A DNA stretch of 28,569 nucleotides, from UHGV virus genome UHGV-0000020. One strand, given 5' to 3'. The position numbers and the translations under genes were made by a program. The notes beneath the pieces are model-generated. The model worked only from the letters and a program-made list of their open reading frames with translations. It was not told where the DNA came from and did no database searches. The DNA is from a virus. Positions 17,114-25,194 of this stretch are shown here, one piece after another (position 1 is the stretch's first letter; each line of letters starts with the position of its first letter).

Positions 17114-18883
17114 ATGACTCACACCACAGACACATCACTGGTTAATGACCCGCGACGACAGGCGGCATTGCTTTTCTGGCAGGGGTATTCCGTGCCGCAA
17201 ATCGCCGAGCAATTGCAGGTCAAACGGCCAACAGTGCAGAGCTGGAAGCAGCGCGGTAAATGGGAAGAGACAGCCCCGTTAAACCGGGTCGAGTTCACTC
17301 TCGAAGCGCGATTAATTCAGCTCTATGCAAAACCTGACCTGACGGCCCACGACTTTAAAGTCGCTGACTTTCTGGCGCGCCAGATGGAGCGGCTCGCGCG
17401 GGTGAATCGCTACGGCCAGACCGGCAACGAAGCGGATTTAAATCCGAACGTCGCCAACCGAAACAAAGGGGAAAAGAAGAAGCCGAAAAAGAACTTTTTC
17501 AGCGAAGAGGCTATCGAGAAACTCGAAGAAATTTTCCTCGACCAGTCTTTTGACTATCAGCTCGAATGGTGGCGCGCGGGGCTGGAACATCGTATCCGGC
17601 ACATTCTGAAATCACGCCAGATTGGCGCGACGTTCTACTTTGCGCGTGAAGCACTAATGAGAGCGCTCAGTACCGGCAATAATCAGATTTTTTTATCAGC
17701 CAGTAAGACGCAGGCGTATGTATTTCGAGAGTACATCATCGCCTTTGCCCGACAGGTTGATGTCGAGCTAACCGGCGACCCGATTGTGCTCGGCAACAAT
17801 GGCGCGAAATTGATTTTTCTTGGCACTAACTCCAATACGGCCCAAAGCCACAACGGCGACCTCTATGTCGATGAAGAATTCTGGATCCCCAATTTCCAGA
17901 AGCTAAAAAAAGTCTCTTCGGGTATGTCATCGCAGGAGCATTTACGCACGACCTATTTTTCGACCCCCTCATCGCTGGCGCACGGTGCCTATCCCTTCTG
18001 GTCGGGTGAACAGTTCAATAAAGGGCGTACCGACAAAAGCGAGCGCGTCGACATCGATATCAGTCACGCCGCGCTCGCGAAGGGTGTTGCCTGCCCGGAC
18101 GGGCAGTGGCGACAGATTGTCACACTTGAGGACGCGCTCGCCAAGGGATGCACCCTGTTTAACATTGATACGCTGAAGCGCGAAAACAGCGTTGATGACT
18201 TCCGCAACCTGTATATGTGCGAATTCGTCGACGACAAAGCGTCGGTATTCCCGTTCGAAGAATTGCAACGCTGCATGGTCGACAGCCTCGAAGTGTGGGC
18301 CGACTACGCGCCATTCGCCGACCGGCCATACGGTCATCGCCCGGTATGGGTCGGCTATGACCCGTCGTTACGTGGCGACAGTGCCGGTTGCGTGGTAATT
18401 GCGCCGCCAGCCATCGCCGGGGGCAAATTCCGCATCCTTGAGCGCCACCAGTGGAAGGGCATGGACTTCGCGCAGCAGGCCGAATCCATTCGCGAGCTCA
18501 CGCAGAAATATAACGTCGAGTACATCGGTATCGATGCGACCGGTCTCGGTCAGGGCGTGTTCCAGCTTGTTCGCTCGTTCTATCCGGCAGCGCGTGAAAT
18601 TCGCTACACGCCGGAAATGAAAACCGCAATGGTGCTCAAAGCGAAGGACACCATCGGGCGCGGGTGCCTTGAGTACGACGTCAGCGCGACCGACCTCACA
18701 CAGTCGTTTATGTCTATTCGCAAGACCATGACCAGCAGCGGGCGCAGTGCGACCTATGAAGCCAGCCGCACCGAGGAAGCCAGTCATGCCGACCTCGCAT
18801 GGGCAACCATGCACGTACTAATCAACGAGCCGCTCACCGCCGCCAGCGGCCAGCAGTCATCCAGCATTATGGAGTGGAATTAA
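17114..18883 (+). CDS. P: Terminase large (ATPase) subunit P
   Basis: ATG at 17114 with GAGG Shine-Dalgarno (the track ORF starts at an upstream TTG); 589 aa; stop overlaps the Q start by 1 nt. Confidence 0.9.
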   Translation: MTHTTDTSLVNDPRRQAALLFWQGYSVPQIAEQLQVKRPTVQSWKQRGKWEETAPLNRVEFTLEARLIQLYAKPDLTAHDFKVADFLARQMERLARVNRYGQTGNEADLNPNVANRNKGEKKKPKKNFFSEEAIEKLEEIFLDQSFDYQLEWWRAGLEHRIRHILKSRQIGATFYFAREALMRALSTGNNQIFLSASKTQAYVFREYIIAFARQVDVELTGDPIVLGNNGAKLIFLGTNSNTAQSHNGDLYVDEEFWIPNFQKLKKVSSGMSSQEHLRTTYFSTPSSLAHGAYPFWSGEQFNKGRTDKSERVDIDISHAALAKGVACPDGQWRQIVTLEDALAKGCTLFNIDTLKRENSVDDFRNLYMCEFVDDKASVFPFEELQRCMVDSLEVWADYAPFADRPYGHRPVWVGYDPSLRGDSAGCVVIAPPAIAGGKFRILERHQWKGMDFAQQAESIRELTQKYNVEYIGIDATGLGQGVFQLVRSFYPAAREIRYTPEMKTAMVLKAKDTIGRGCLEYDVSATDLTQSFMSIRKTMTSSGRSATYEASRTEEASHADLAWATMHVLINEPLTAASGQQSSSIMEWN

Positions 18884-19920
18884 TGAGCAAGAAACGTAAT
18901 AAGCGCCAGCCGCAACCAGAGACCCGCAAACATACCGCCGAGACCGCTCAGAGCATGGAAGCATTCACCTTTGGCGAGCCGACGCCGGTGCTCGATCGCC
19001 GCGACATTCTCGATTATGTCGAATGTATCGATAACGGCCAGTGGTATGAGCCGCCGGTGAGTTTCTCCGGGCTCGCGAAAAGTATGCGCGCCGCCGTACA
19101 CCACAGCTCACCGATTTACGTGAAGCGTAATATTCTGGTATCGACGTACACGCCGCACCCGCTGTTATCCCGTCAGGACTTCAGCCGGTTCGCGCTCGAT
19201 TATCTGGTATTTGGTAACGCCTTTCTCGAAGAGCGTCGAAGCGTCACCGGCAAGCCGCTGAAGTTCGATACCTCCCCGGCCAAATATACCCGACGCGGGG
19301 TGGATGATGATATTTACTGGTATATCCAGAGCTACACGCAGCCGCACCAGTACGCGCCCGGTTCCGTCTTCCATTTGCTTGAGCCGGATATTAATCAGGA
19401 GCTCTACGGTATGCCGGAATACCTGAGCGCGCTCAATTCAGCCTGGCTGAATGAATCCGCGACCCTGTTTCGCCGGAAGTATTACCAGAACGGGGCGCAC
19501 GCCGGTTACATCATGTATGTGACTGACGCCGCGCAGAGCAGCACCGACGTCGAGGCACTACGCAAGGCGATGCGCGACTCGAAAGGGCTCGGCAACTTTA
19601 AGAATCTGTTTTTCTATGCACCAAACGGAAAAGCAGACGGGATTAAAATTGTGCCCCTGAGCGAAGTCGCCACGAAGGATGATTTTTTCAACATCAAAAA
19701 AGTCAGCGCCGCTGACCTGCTGGACGCCCACCGCATCCCGTTCCAGTTGATGGGCGGCAAGCCTGAAAACGTCGGGTCAGTGGGTGACGTTGAGAAGGTG
19801 GCAAAGGTCTTTGTCCGCAATGAGTTAATCCCGCTTCAGGCGCGATTCATGGAGCTGAACGAGTGGGCGGGTCAGGAGATTATCCGCTTCGAAAAATACA
19901 CACTCGAAGACAGCGAATAA
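18883..19920 (+). CDS. Q: Portal protein Q
   Basis: ATG at 18883 in TAATG overlap with P; 345 aa MSKKRNKRQPQPETRKHTAETAQSMEAFTFGEPTPV...; position next to cos. Confidence 0.9.
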   Translation: MSKKRNKRQPQPETRKHTAETAQSMEAFTFGEPTPVLDRRDILDYVECIDNGQWYEPPVSFSGLAKSMRAAVHHSSPIYVKRNILVSTYTPHPLLSRQDFSRFALDYLVFGNAFLEERRSVTGKPLKFDTSPAKYTRRGVDDDIYWYIQSYTQPHQYAPGSVFHLLEPDINQELYGMPEYLSALNSAWLNESATLFRRKYYQNGAHAGYIMYVTDAAQSSTDVEALRKAMRDSKGLGNFKNLFFYAPNGKADGIKIVPLSEVATKDDFFNIKKVSAADLLDAHRIPFQLMGGKPENVGSVGDVEKVAKVFVRNELIPLQARFMELNEWAGQEIIRFEKYTLEDSE

Positions 19921-19930
19921 CCCGCCATAA

Positions 19931-19953
19931 GCCGCCGATACAGGCGGCTTTTT
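19931..19953 (+). terminator. Rho-independent terminator after Q
   Basis: GCCGCC-GATACA-GGCGGC hairpin followed by TTTTT, 11 nt after the Q stop. Confidence 0.8.
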
Positions 19954-20095
19954 CGTACCCGCCACCATACGCCCTCAGAGCGACGACACGCCGTCGCCAA
20001 CAACGCCCACCCAATGACTCACTCAACACCATTACAACGCGACAGCGAGCTGCTGAGGCGCGAGAAAATAAATTAAATACCTGCTCCAGCGCGCA

Positions 20096-20114
20096 ATGCT
20101 ATCCCCGCCTCGCC
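20096..20114. other. cos: cos-like site (cohesive-end region)
   Basis: Minus-strand sequence GGCGAGGCGGGGATAGCA closely resembles the P2 19-nt cohesive end as I recall it (GGCGAGGCGGGGAAAGCAC); located just beyond Q as in P2. Confidence 0.7.
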
Positions 20115-20271
20115 TGCCCGCTTTATGGGTCGGTTTTAATGCAGTTGCATGAACACGTCGGAGCCGCGCCAGCACTGGCGGCGCTCACACATGACAGGGG
20201 AGGAAAACGCATGCAATTCGATGCAATAGCGCATGCAGCGCTAAAAAACGGGGAAAAAGCGGAAAAATGAC

Positions 20272-20299
20272 ATAAAAAAACCGGCATACAGGGTGCCGG
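20272..20299 (-). terminator. Rho-independent (bidirectional) terminator closing the minus-strand accessory operon
   Basis: Hairpin CCGGCA-TACAGGG-TGCCGG (20281-20299) flanked by an A-run on the plus strand, giving hairpin plus U-tract on the minus strand directly after the 33-aa peptide ORF. Confidence 0.75.
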
Positions 20300-20323
20300 T
20301 TTGTGCAGGTATTAAGGGGGGGC

Positions 20324-20425
20324 TTACTGGCCGCGCAATGCTCCAATAATGCTGTTCAGGCAACAACTGGCAATAATCATCAGAAAAATTGTCGTCCACG
20401 GATTTTCATAAACAAGCGATAGCAT
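20324..20425 (-). CDS. Predicted 33-aa single-TM peptide (hypothetical)
   Basis: ATG at 20425 preceded by AGAGGA overlapping the stop of the upstream ORF; MLSLVYENPWTTIFLMIIASCCLNSIIGALRGQ-TAA; 20-residue hydrophobic core; followed by a terminator. Below the size cutoff of the ORF track. Confidence 0.4.
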   Translation of the reverse strand: MLSLVYENPWTTIFLMIIASCCLNSIIGALRGQ

Positions 20426-20434
20426 TTTAATCCT

Positions 20435-20638
20435 CTATTTCATCATTCGAATGTGGTTAAGCAGTTCTTTGACGACCGCACCAAGTTCCTCACCGTTTGT
20501 CTGATGCACCAGGCTATCAGTAAATTTATTAACTTCCCGTGAACTCAGGTCGTGATTGGCTGCGAGGCAAATCATATTCTGCGCCCACTTTTGAAGCCAT
20601 TTGTTATCAACAACATCGGAAGGGACAAGACGCAACAT
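20435..20638 (-). CDS. Hypothetical 67-aa protein
   Basis: First ATG at 20638 (MLRLVPSDVVDNKWLQKWAQNMICLAANHDLSSREVNKFTDSLVHQTNGEELGAVVKELLNHIRMMK) with GAGGT 8 nt upstream; the track ORF start at 20647 is GTG. No family recognised. Confidence 0.5.
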   Translation of the reverse strand: MLRLVPSDVVDNKWLQKWAQNMICLAANHDLSSREVNKFTDSLVHQTNGEELGAVVKELLNHIRMMK

Positions 20639-20848
20639 AGCGCACACCTCGATTAGTCATTTTCAGTCGTATTGAAATTGTTTAAGCAAAGGCATGATAT
20701 GCGTGGAGTGGCAGACGACCAATCGATGAGCGGCGTGCTGTATATGGCACAAAGGAAAACGGCTAACGCCTCGCGGGGCTCGTTGTTCAACCCCGCCAGC
20801 CCTGAAATCAAGTTTCAGTACCGGCGGCGTTTGCGCGCTATTCAGATA

Positions 20849-21079
20849 TTAACGCCAGCTTTCGTCTTCCCAGACTTCCTGAAGGATACTATCCAGCGCT
20901 TCCCTGTCTGAATCTTTGTCGACCCCCATCAACTCGACGCCAGTCATTGAGCCTTTTTTTACCGTGACGCGCGTCGACGGAAAAACTGACTGAATTCTTC
21001 GGGTCAATTCACTTTGAAATGCATCAATGACTGGCTGCCCGATTTTCTGGTCTTTGTCTAACGTGATATTGATATTCAT
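20849..21079 (-). CDS. DinI-family protein
   Basis: 76 aa MNINITLDKDQKIGQPVIDAFQSELTRRIQSVFP...ALDSILQEVWEDESWR aligns along its length with E. coli DinI (ELSRRIQ, FP, ILQETWE motifs). Confidence 0.85.
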   Translation of the reverse strand: MNINITLDKDQKIGQPVIDAFQSELTRRIQSVFPSTRVTVKKGSMTGVELMGVDKDSDREALDSILQEVWEDESWR

Positions 21080-21082
21080 AAC

Positions 21083-21265
21083 CTACTCAGCCTCATAAAA
21101 GAAATCTTCTTCGGTCTCGTTATTTTCGCTATTTGCAAGATCGGCAATGAGAGTGAGCGCGAGCTTTAAGTCTGCTGGTTTGCAGTTCGCTATCAGAGAT
21201 ACCTCGGCTATGAATTGCACACAAGCCCACTTTTGCTGCGTTCGGCTGAAATGTTCCCCAACCAT
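21083..21265 (-). CDS. Hypothetical acidic 60-aa protein, first ORF of LexA-controlled operon
   Basis: ATG at 21265 with GGGAGGG Shine-Dalgarno immediately downstream of the LexA box; ends ...ENNETEEDFFYEAE-TAG; in frame with the DinI-like ORF, separated only by TAG plus one codon. The longer track ORF starts at a GTG upstream of the LexA box. Confidence 0.55.
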   Translation of the reverse strand: MVGEHFSRTQQKWACVQFIAEVSLIANCKPADLKLALTLIADLANSENNETEEDFFYEAE

Positions 21266-21285
21266 GAAATCCCTCCCAATAGGGT

Positions 21286-21305
21286 TACTGTATAAATATA
21301 CAGTA
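21286..21305. promoter_or_regulatory. LexA (SOS) box
   Basis: TACTGTATAAATATACAGTA, a 19/20 match to the TACTGTATATATATACAGTA consensus (CTGT-N8-ACAG), 20 nt upstream of the 60-aa ORF start and next to a TTGCCA -35-like hexamer. Confidence 0.8.
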
Positions 21306-21383
21306 GCACGTATTGGCAAACATGGGGAAGAAAAAAAATACACGCCATCAATGTATCTATCTGATATCGATAAACATTAAATG

Positions 21384-23681
21384 TTAACTCCTTGTTTGTG
21401 GCGGTGTTAACTGCTCTATACGACTCATTATTTGTTCGGCTTTTAATCGTGCAGCCTCACTTTTTGCAGCCTGAGAAGGTGCTGACGGGAACACTTCCCC
21501 GGAAGAAGATCCCCGGCACCATTTGCCGTTTATACAGCTTCGCCCACCGGCCATAAGGTGCAGAGCTTCCCCACGACTGATGGTGATGCCAGTCGTCAGA
21601 TGTATTTCGTCGATAGTTTTTTCTATCGCTGGGTTTTGCTCAGGCGTTCCGTGAACGAAGGCCGGCCTTTTTGGTGGTTTTGGCTTCCTGATTCGTTTTG
21701 CCAATTCGCGTTTTTCTCGTCGGCTTAGTGGTTTTGTTAAATCGAGTTCCGGTGGCTCGCTTTCGCTCCCCGTACAGTTATTGACAGAACTCCGAGAGGG
21801 CGCAGGAGCGCCCTTAACGTCAACGGCCAAATCAACGGCACACTTCGGCACAATTTTCCACTGTGTGAGCCGGGTTAAAATCGGAGTGTCAGCGCCGACG
21901 GCAGAGTCGTACACGCCACGAATGCAGACAGTTTCCTCGCCATACTGATTAAACTCTGCGCGCGGCTCATACAGCGTGCGCACCTGCAAATCGTCACGAC
22001 GGACAAACGGGCCACCCTGTGCATTAACATAGCCAGCCCAATCACCGGCGTCGGCGGCATCATGGACGGCGGCAAACTCAACGCTCAGACCATGTGCGGT
22101 CTCGGTGTCAGCGAGACGACGCAACTCACGGTAGACCGTCACCGGCGCGCCGCCGATAAACTGGAATTGACGGATGTGCCAGCGTGCCGCCCATGCTGAA
22201 ACGGCGGGGGCTGTCTCTTTCAGCAGCTCACCGCTTTCGTCATCGGTTTCGCCATCGAGAGCATAGCCGTCGATATTTTTTGAAATGTATTTAGCAACAT
22301 AGCCGGTAGCGCTGCCCTTTTCAGGGTCAATGGCCTCGGCATGAAAGCGCGCTTTTTTGGCTTTGTCGCTTCTCAGCTCGTGGCGGTCTTCCTCCCACGC
22401 ATAATCACGGATGATGAGGCGGACGCGCTCGACGTCTTCCGGCAACATGAACATAAGCATGTGCCAGTGCGGCGTGCCGTCGTGATGGGGCTCGGCTACA
22501 CGGATGCCGAAAATGCGGATTTCTTCCCGATGCAGCTTGGCGCGAATGCGCGCCCAAAGGCCGGTTAGATAGCTCTGCGTGTCCGAAGGGCTGGCACCGT
22601 TCCATTTGCTGTTACGGTATCCCGCTTTGGTGGTGGCGTGATATTTGGACGGTGCAGTCAGGGTGTAAAACTCCCCGACATATCCGAGCTCATTGCAGAT
22701 ATTTTCAAACCCACGAATGCGGGTCATCAGCTCGCAGCGACGTATCGCAGGGTTAGCGACCGAACCGTCGTATTTTTCAATCAGGCTGATGCGGTTGCCG
22801 TCTTCGTCTTCGAGATCCAGCCCCTTGAGAAATTCGCGCGTGCGGCGCTTCTGCTCACGCCAGTCGGTCACGCAGTTCTTACTCGCGTATGCGTGTCTTT
22901 TTTTGCTGACATTTCCGACTGCGATTTGCAAATGTTCGCGCCATGCAGCCGCAATGCGACGCAGGCGACCACGCCACCACGCATCGTTAAACATGCGAGC
23001 GATAGCCGGGGCGATTTCATCCTCACCGACATATTTCTTTGCCACCCGCTCCCAATGCGGGGGGGTAACGTTGAATTGCAGGGAAATAAAACCAGCCCGC
23101 ATGTACCAGGTGTACAGCGTTTTAAGCTCGCTAAATCCGCTGTCATCAATGTCAGCCAGTTCAGCGCGAATAAAATTTGCGATATCAGCGGCCAGCAGGT
23201 CAATATCGGCGCGCGACATGTCTGGGAGGCGGTTATATCTGGCGATCATATTGACCATGCGTGATGCCAGATATTGCAAAAGCTCAGTATCAAAATGACC
23301 ACCGAAAACAGCGGCGGATACATTGCTGTTGATACCTGCACACTCGTATTTTTTTGCGACCAGTTCAAGACGCGGCAATGTCTTTTTGCAGAAGCTGATT
23401 AAAAAAGCATTGGCTCGTTGACTGCCTTGATTTTGCTCCAGCACCGCAGCGGTGCGATAAACATCAAAACGCACGCACTCAGGCTGGAGAGAAAGCATCT
23501 TTTTCGCATGCAGCAAAGCCGCGAACATACGGTCGCGGCGATACTGTTGCTCATAGGTAAGATATGGGCTGGCTATTGCCGACCGTGGAGCGTTCCACGG
23601 GTAAGCATAGTTAACGCTTACCCGCATAGCTCGCCCATTTGCCGGCGCTGTATACTTAACATCACATAGCCGGGAGCCCAT
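21384..23681 (-). CDS. A: Replication initiation protein A (rolling-circle nickase)
   Basis: 765 aa; ...FGIRVAEPHHDGTPHWHMLMFM... and ...GYVAKYISKNIDGYALDGE... are hallmark motifs of P2 gpA. Confidence 0.92.
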   Translation of the reverse strand: MGSRLCDVKYTAPANGRAMRVSVNYAYPWNAPRSAIASPYLTYEQQYRRDRMFAALLHAKKMLSLQPECVRFDVYRTAAVLEQNQGSQRANAFLISFCKKTLPRLELVAKKYECAGINSNVSAAVFGGHFDTELLQYLASRMVNMIARYNRLPDMSRADIDLLAADIANFIRAELADIDDSGFSELKTLYTWYMRAGFISLQFNVTPPHWERVAKKYVGEDEIAPAIARMFNDAWWRGRLRRIAAAWREHLQIAVGNVSKKRHAYASKNCVTDWREQKRRTREFLKGLDLEDEDGNRISLIEKYDGSVANPAIRRCELMTRIRGFENICNELGYVGEFYTLTAPSKYHATTKAGYRNSKWNGASPSDTQSYLTGLWARIRAKLHREEIRIFGIRVAEPHHDGTPHWHMLMFMLPEDVERVRLIIRDYAWEEDRHELRSDKAKKARFHAEAIDPEKGSATGYVAKYISKNIDGYALDGETDDESGELLKETAPAVSAWAARWHIRQFQFIGGAPVTVYRELRRLADTETAHGLSVEFAAVHDAADAGDWAGYVNAQGGPFVRRDDLQVRTLYEPRAEFNQYGEETVCIRGVYDSAVGADTPILTRLTQWKIVPKCAVDLAVDVKGAPAPSRSSVNNCTGSESEPPELDLTKPLSRREKRELAKRIRKPKPPKRPAFVHGTPEQNPAIEKTIDEIHLTTGITISRGEALHLMAGGRSCINGKWCRGSSSGEVFPSAPSQAAKSEAARLKAEQIMSRIEQLTPPQTRS

Positions 23682-23899
23682 TCGTTAAGGTCAGTTACAT
23701 GAGTCACTAACACGAAGACAAAAGCCCCCGTAAAACCGACCCTTTGCGGGTCGTACTCGCAGGGGCCATATTCGTTTAAGCAAAGCAAATCGCCAGCAGA
23801 AAAAGCACGGTCAGCGAGACGAAACTCGGCTTTTTTCGTTCCATTGAGGACAGCCCGAAAAAACTCAGGCCTGATTTTTAGTTGATGTGTTTTCCTCAT
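23618..23899 (-). CDS. Small early protein, ASCH/DUF3850-like
   Basis: ATG at 23899 with AGGTGG Shine-Dalgarno; MRKTHQLKIRPEFFRAVLNGTKKAEFRLADRAFSAGDLLCLNEY resembles the THxLKIxPxYF...KxFExRxNDR pattern; overlaps the A start by 64 nt. Confidence 0.55.
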   Translation of the reverse strand: MRKTHQLKIRPEFFRAVLNGTKKAEFRLADRAFSAGDLLCLNEYGPCEYDPQRVGFTGAFVFVLVTHVTDLNEWAPGYVMLSIQRRQMGELCG

Positions 23900-24168
23900 G
23901 CCACCACCTTGATTGAGGATGCGCATATTTTTCCGACACGCTCGATTTCAGCGGCCATTGCGTCAAGTGTGGTAATTGATGACTGCTGAATATGGTGATG
24001 AATCAGCCCGGAAATAAGCTGGTTAATCTTTGGGTAATAGCCGATGGTGTCGAGCCATTCCTCGCCAGCTTTCTTACCGGATTGCGCGACTTTCTTTTCA
24101 TTCAGGATGAATTGATATTGGTCGCTGGTAATAACCCACTTGTCACCAACTTCGATACGAATGCCCAT
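23896..24168 (-). CDS. Hypothetical early protein (90 aa)
   Basis: ORF with ATG start, tightly packed in the early operon; no family recognised. Confidence 0.55.
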   Translation of the reverse strand: MGIRIEVGDKWVITSDQYQFILNEKKVAQSGKKAGEEWLDTIGYYPKINQLISGLIHHHIQQSSITTLDAMAAEIERVGKICASSIKVVA

Positions 24169-24390
24169 TTATACGCCCCTGTAATGTTTAGATTTGAGCT
24201 CTGCTATTTGCTGACAGGTCACGCAAAAGGCCACGCCCGGAATTGCAGCGCGGCGCGCTTCCGGGATTGGTGCGTCACATTCTTCGCAAAGAAAACGAGA
24301 GGGCGCAGCGATGCGGCTGCGTGCTGTGTTGATATGGCGCTCTCGGTCTTCCTGCTCGCGCTGTTGTACTAAATCCATTGCGTCGGCCAT
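24169..24390 (-). CDS. TraR/DksA-family C4 zinc-finger protein
   Basis: 73 aa with CEECDAPIPEARRAAIPGVAFCVTCQ, the C-x2-C...C-x2-C zinc finger of the TraR/DksA family; a TraR-like ORF occupies this position in P2. Confidence 0.75.
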   Translation of the reverse strand: MADAMDLVQQREQEDRERHINTARSRIAAPSRFLCEECDAPIPEARRAAIPGVAFCVTCQQIAELKSKHYRGV

Positions 24391-24617
24391 TAGTGCAGCT
24401 CCTGTGATTCGTTTTCGTAGCGGGTTGCTTCACGGCGCAGCAGTTCAGCCGCTTCAATACCGTTTAACCCTTTGTTGGCAATATGGGTTGCCAGTGCCTC
24501 AAGGCGGATTGAAACTGCGAGCGCTCGACCTTTGCGCTCCTCACGTTTGGCAATATCAATCACAGCCATAAGTGGGTCGGTTTCGGCTACAAACATTTTT
24601 GGCAATTCTTTCTGCAT
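24390..24617 (-). CDS. Hypothetical early protein (75 aa)
   Basis: ATG-started ORF between the TraR-like gene and upstream early ORFs; start overlaps the neighbouring stop. Confidence 0.55.
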   Translation of the reverse strand: MQKELPKMFVAETDPLMAVIDIAKREERKGRALAVSIRLEALATHIANKGLNGIEAAELLRREATRYENESQELH

Positions 24618-24684
24618 TGTTCTTTCTCCTGAATTTGGGCAATAAGAAGCCCGGCGGATTTACGCCATTAAATTTCTGTTTGGA

Positions 24685-25023
24685 TTAATTCGGCATGGTT
24701 AGCCGTTTTGGGAATAAGCTCACTACTGCACGAAAATGATTCATCGCTGTAATAAGCGCCTTTTTCTCGTCAGTAGTCAGCTCACTTAATTCGAGCTCAT
24801 GACGAGCCGCCGGTATTTTTGCCAGAAAGAAGATAGCGGCCAGCGCCCGATTATTTTCTTCAAACTGCGGGTCACGTTTATCGCGCATATCATCGACAAA
24901 ACGCTCGACCTCTTTCCAGCTATCGCCCCAATATCTCGCGCGCAATTCAGCTACATGATTGAGACCGGCTAGACGTTCGCCCGCTTTCAGCGGAACAGTC
25001 GCGGAAACAGCTTCGATAGCCAT
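24685..25023 (-). CDS. Hypothetical early protein (112 aa)
   Basis: ATG-started ORF in the early operon; no family recognised. Confidence 0.5.
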   Translation of the reverse strand: MAIEAVSATVPLKAGERLAGLNHVAELRARYWGDSWKEVERFVDDMRDKRDPQFEENNRALAAIFFLAKIPAARHELELSELTTDEKKALITAMNHFRAVVSLFPKRLTMPN

Positions 25024-25187
25024 GATTCCCCCTGCTTTTGAGTAGAGAGGCCAGCCAGTAAATCAGCCTGTGAGCGGCTCGGGTGCCAGCGCTTGCCGTC
25101 TTCCCCAAGGATCCAGCCGTGGCTGTAGTGCATACCGGGGCTTTGCTTAACGAGCAGAGACGCGAATGATGGTTCGTTAGTCGACAT
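24987..25187 (-). CDS. Hypothetical early protein (66 aa)
   Basis: ATG at 25187 with GGTGA Shine-Dalgarno (MSTNEPSFASLLVKQSPGMHYSHGWILGEDGKRWHP...); the track start at 25220 overlaps B. Confidence 0.45.
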   Translation of the reverse strand: MSTNEPSFASLLVKQSPGMHYSHGWILGEDGKRWHPSRSQADLLAGLSTQKQGESWLSKLFPRLFR

Positions 25188-25194
25188 ATTCACC

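Noticed and set aside
17969-18814. Minus-strand ORFs of 122, 70 and 148 aa
   Set aside because: Antisense to terminase large subunit gene P; shadow ORFs.
19863-20270. 135-aa plus-strand ORF spanning the Q end, the Q terminator and cos, including a 19-aa segment (MQFDAIAHAALKNGEKAEK, 20221-20280) with a strong GGGAGGAA Shine-Dalgarno
   Set aside because: The long ORF crosses a terminator and the cos site and starts inside Q. The tiny Shine-Dalgarno-preceded segment could in principle be a micro-ORF, but there is no supporting evidence and it is too short to evaluate.
20738-20753. Possible second LexA site (CTGTATATGGCACAAA) between the DinI-like gene and the 67-aa ORF
   Set aside because: Only the left half-site matches the CTGT-N8-ACAG consensus; the right half is absent, so it is unlikely to bind LexA on its own.
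22638-23298. Two overlapping plus-strand ORFs of about 200 aa
   Set aside because: Both antisense to replication gene A; mutually overlapping in different frames; Ser/Arg-rich.
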